Virus record (IMG/VR): IMGVR_UViG_3300009128_000001
Strand: one strand, 5' to 3'
From: an uncultured virus (IMG/VR IMGVR_UViG_3300009128_000001)
Taxonomy: Duplodnaviria; Heunggongvirae; Uroviricota; Caudoviricetes
Length of the DNA stretch: 64,000 nt
Part shown: positions 63,090 through 64,000 of the stretch, piece by piece
Layout of the letters: each line of letters opens with the position of its first letter
Position numbering within the stretch: position 1 is the first letter of the stretch
The notes under the pieces: model-generated
What the model saw: the letters and a program-made list of their open reading frames with translations, nothing else
What the model was told of the DNA's origin: nothing
Databases searched by the model: none
Made by a program: the position numbers and the translations under genes

Positions 63090-63117
63090 AAACTAAGCAC
63101 GCTTTGGTTGTTGTCAA
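63090..63117 (-). promoter_or_regulatory. Early sigma70-type promoter
   Basis: TTGACA-N10-CGTGCT-TAGTTT. Confidence 0.7.
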
Positions 63118-63188
63118 GTGCCTAGGTTGCTTTTTTCCGATCTTTCCCCGCTGCCCCTTTCGTTTGCTGTTTTCGGTTCGCCCTTACT

Positions 63189-63213
63189 TTCCGTATCGGT
63201 CGGGTTGGGGACA
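63189..63213. repeat. 25-bp direct repeat copy 2
   Basis: Identical to 62011..62035. Confidence 0.85.
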
Positions 63214-63245
63214 GCTTGCGGGCCAATGATAAGAAGGAATCGCAT

Positions 63246-63312
63246 AACAAGAATCGTGCCAACCCTCCGACCCCCCAACTAATAAAAGGATCGCGTAGCA
63301 GAAACCATGCCA
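63246..63312 (-). promoter_or_regulatory. Two tandem sigma54-like sites
   Basis: TGGCACGATTCTTGTT (63246..63261) and TGGCATGGTTTCTGCT (63297..63312) on minus strand. Confidence 0.55.
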
Positions 63313-64000
63313 ACAATCTATGATCCATGGCTTATGTAACCACCTAATATTGCTGGTAATCTAGGTGGTAGCTTACCCTGGCATTTCGTGATCCACCCTC
63401 CTGGTCTTTTCATTAACCACTGGATCATTTTTTTTCAGTGAATAAAAAATCATGGTAAAAAATGATCCAGTTTTAATAATTTCAATAACTTACAATGGAT
63501 CGTTCGGGATCCAAAACTGTAAAACTGGGGTGGCAGTTTACCATGGATCATCGGACGCCCACCTCCCCCGAGAGGGTTTATGGCTCAGAATGCTACTTAA
63601 ATACATCCCAAATCACCCCAATACATCCCCATTCACCCCACTACTTGCCACTATTTACCACCATACTCCACTAATTGTGTTAAAAACCTGCAATCCAAAA
63701 TAAAAACAGATAAATAATTAACTCAACAATAATTACATTATTACAAATGATCTAGAAATCATAAGGAATCCAAGATAAGTACCGATATATAATGTAATAA
63801 GTCGAGTGTGAGTCATAGGGAACATAGGAATAGGGATGGAACAGGGAAAGAAGCGAATATTCCGAATAAAATGTGATGGATGCAAAGAGCCAACGATAGT
63901 AAACAAACTAATAAGCTGTGAGGATTGTTATAGGCTGTTATGTTACCGGTGTTATTGGGAGCATACACCAGCGAGCAGAAACAAATCAGGGAAGTTATAT

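Noticed and set aside
63122..63703. ORFs 63122..63328 and 63452..63703
   Set aside because: They overlap repeats and promoter-like motifs and show no protein features.
1..64000. Stop-codon reassignment
   Set aside because: Known genes are intact in code 11, TAA, TAG and TGA all end genes, and no suppressor tRNA was found.

Overview
This 64-kb AT-rich window looks like the accessory/early arm of a large (jumbo-type) dsDNA bacteriophage read in standard code 11. It carries well over 100 tightly packed, mostly small minus-strand ORFs and no structural or core replication genes. Recognisable genes are rIIA/rIIB, two HNH endonucleases, a GIY-YIG nuclease, a SAM methyltransferase, DUF932, a deaminase, a SET-domain protein, a HAD phosphatase, a radical SAM enzyme, an Rnl1-type RNA ligase, a PRTase, a cyclic-phosphate receiver domain, two GNATs, a P-loop kinase and ArdC. 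There are four tRNAs (Ile-UAU, Leu-UAA, Lys-UUU, His-GUG). Five observations stand out. (1) A promoter drives four covarying structured RNAs (invariant UCCUUCU) directly upstream of a 690-aa helical+TerD protein, a candidate Ro/Y-RNA-like ribonucleoprotein system. (2) Nine genes sharing an N-terminal MKxRxGFVSNSSxxSF motif are coupled to a radical SAM enzyme. (3) Early sigma70-type promoters with a 16-bp spacer sit back-to-back with sigma54 consensus sites at fixed spacing. (4) Four aberrant tRNA-like RNAs share one T-arm, and a family of U/A-rich pseudoknots lies in the non-coding islands. (5) SH3/KOW-like proteins carry interchangeable C-terminal tags. All family assignments are from motif recognition by eye, not database searches.
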